From Salpingoeca rosetta (taxonomy: Eukaryota > Protista > Choanoflagellata): 64,000 nucleotides of DNA. A model generated the notes under the pieces. It made no database searches and was not told where the DNA came from. It was given only the letters and a program-made list of their open reading frames with translations. Both the position numbers and the translations under genes were made by a program. Positions 61,943 to 64,000 of the stretch are shown here, piece by piece (position 1 is the stretch's first letter; the number at the start of each line of letters is the position of its first letter). The stretch covers positions 6,379 to 70,378 of the forward strand of contig JAWQFM010000032.1 in the NCBI GenBank assembly GCA_033442325.1, given 5' to 3'.

Positions 61943-63127
61943 NNNNNNNNNNNNNNNNNNNNNNNNNNNNNNNNNNNNNNNNNNNNNNNNNNNNNNNNNN
62001 NNNNNNNNNNNNNNNNNNNNNNNNNNNNNNNNNNNNNNNNNNNNNNNNNNNNNNNNNNNNNNNNNNNNNNNNNNNNNNNNNNNNNNNNNNNNNNNNNNNN
62101 NNNNNNNNNNNNNNNNNNNNNNNNNNNNNNNNNNNNNNNNNNNNNNNNNNNNNNNNNNNNNNNNNNNNNNNNNNNNNNNNNNNNNNNNNNNNNNNNNNNN
62201 NNNNNNNNNNNNNNNNNNNNNNNNNNNNNNNNNNNNNNNNNNNNNNNNNNNNNNNNNNNNNNNNNNNNNNNNNNNNNNNNNNNNNNNNNNNNNNNNNNNN
62301 NNNNNNNNNNNNNNNNNNNNNNNNNNNNNNNNNNNNNNNNNNNNNNNNNNNNNNNNNNNNNNNNNNNNNNNNNNNNNNNNNNNNNNNNNNNNNNNNNNNN
62401 NNNNNNNNNNNNNNNNNNNNNNNNNNNNNNNNNNNNNNNNNNNNNNNNNNNNNNNNNNNNNNNNNNNNNNNNNNNNNNNNNNNNNNNNNNNNNNNNNNNN
62501 NNNNNNNNNNNNNNNNNNNNNNNNNNNNNNNNNNNNNNNNNNNNNNNNNNNNNNNNNNNNNNNNNNNNNNNNNNNNNNNNNNNNNNNNNNNNNNNNNNNN
62601 NNNNNNNNNNNNNNNNNNNNNNNNNNNNNNNNNNNNNNNNNNNNNNNNNNNNNNNNNNNNNNNNNNNNNNNNNNNNNNNNNNNNNNNNNNNNNNNNNNNN
62701 NNNNNNNNNNNNNNNNNNNNNNNNNNNNNNNNNNNNNNNNNNNNNNNNNNNNNNNNNNNNNNNNNNNNNNNNNNNNNNNNNNNNNNNNNNNNNNNNNNNN
62801 NNNNNNNNNNNNNNNNNNNNNNNNNNNNNNNNNNNNNNNNNNNNNNNNNNNNNNNNNNNNNNCCACTGCAGATAATTACCCAAAATCTTCAAAGAATTGA
62901 TGCAAGTTTGAACTTGTGGTGTCGGGCAAGCGACGCGGGTCTTGTGGAACGACCCATTTGGCGCGGACTTCTGGACTTGTTGCCTCGTTGCTTGCTTGCT
63001 TGCTCGTTGTGATTGCTGTTGCAGTGTGTGAAGCTGTGGAGTGGTGCTGTGGAGTGGTGCAGTGTAAGCAAGCGGGTGTGCACTGGGACGCAAAGAACCA
63101 GCATCGTGGGACCTACAACAACAAGAC

Positions 63128-63963
63128 ATGAGGAAGGCAGCCATCGCAGGTGCGTCTGTGTCCGTGTGTGAGCTGATGTCACGTAGTCAGCTATCGCAAA
63201 CAATCATGTGTGTGTGTGCGTTGCGTCTCCCTCACTTTGTGTGCTCCTCCTCTTTGGCTGCTCATGGGTGCTGGGGGCAAATGACAGGGTTGGCTGGGAT
63301 CAGCGCGATTGTGCTGCTGACAGTGATGTCGTTTATGCGACACAGTGCACACATACCTCAACCAGATATGGCGATGGAAAGGCGGTTGCAGGAGGTGGAC
63401 AAAGCCGGGGGAGACACCTCCAACACAGCTGAGCATGCTCAGGACGGCGTCACTGCATGCGAGACGCCAACGCTTTCTTCCTTCCTGGTGCCCAATGCGC
63501 AGGAGTATGCCAACTTCAAAGCGAAACCTGCAGCGCCAAAAAAGCAGCACATCCTCGTCACGGTGTGAAAACGTGTTTGTGGTTGTATGTTGTGTGGTTG
63601 TGTGTTGTGTGTGTGAAGGTGTGTGTATGTGTGGTTGTGTGTCGTTGTGGTTGTGGTTGTGGTTGTGTGTGTGTGTGTGCGTGCTGTGTAGGGACACTCA
63701 GTGTCAGTGATAATGGCCCAGTGCTGTTCTCGTGTGTATGTCGTTGACACGCGGCAATGTCCGCACCTATGTGTGTGTCACCCAGGGCGGTGCCGGGTAC
63801 ATTGGATCGCATGCCGTGCTGGCGTTGTTGGAGCGTGGGCACAAGGTCACCATCATTGACAACCTGTCAAGAGGAAACAGGGGCGCGCTCACCGTTCTGG
63901 AAGGCATCGCACAACCTGGACAGCTCTTCACCTTCATCGTGGACCTTGCCCACGCCACCTTGG
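63128..63963 (+). CDS. 5' part of a membrane-anchored UDP-sugar 4-epimerase (GalE family; resembles plant UDP-xylose/UDP-arabinose 4-epimerase)
   Basis: Exons ~63128-63149, ~63288-63562 and 63786-63963: hydrophobic N-terminus, then HILVT|[35 protein letters not shown]. The gene continues beyond the window. Confidence 0.85.
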
Positions 63964-64000
63964 TGTGTGTGTGTGTGTGTGTTGGAGAATGTACACAGCT

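Noticed and set aside
61558-63144. ORFs of 300-500 aa across the 61943-62862 gap
   Set aside because: They are artefacts of translating Ns.

Overview
Eukaryotic, intron-rich draft assembly with N gaps and introns full of (CA)n/(GT)n microsatellites. Gene content and style suggest a choanoflagellate such as Salpingoeca (inference). Most six-frame ORFs are microsatellite artefacts, so real genes were rebuilt by hand from splice sites. In order: unassigned exon-like pieces (2.4-7 kb, -); a frameshifted exostosin/GT47 gene (-); an internally deleted importin-5 relic (+); a ~34-exon, ~2180-aa Roco-family gene (16041-28042, +); a convergent two-exon Nal1-like trypsin protease (-); a YHM2-like mitochondrial carrier (-); SCAPER (+); a soluble adenylyl cyclase with STAND NTPase and IQ motifs (+); an IQ-bearing DCLK-like kinase (-); and the 5' part of a membrane-anchored UDP-sugar 4-epimerase (+). 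The highlight is the Roco gene, with architecture LRR-ANK-LRR-ANK-TIR-SAM-Roc-COR-ADP-ribosyltransferase. Its N-terminal LRRs are 84-nt phase-2/2 exons recently tandem-duplicated together with their introns, and they vary almost only at the concave ligand-binding strand. This makes it a candidate diversifying innate-immune receptor-effector with a probably NADase-dead TIR and an H-Y-E PARP-like output domain.
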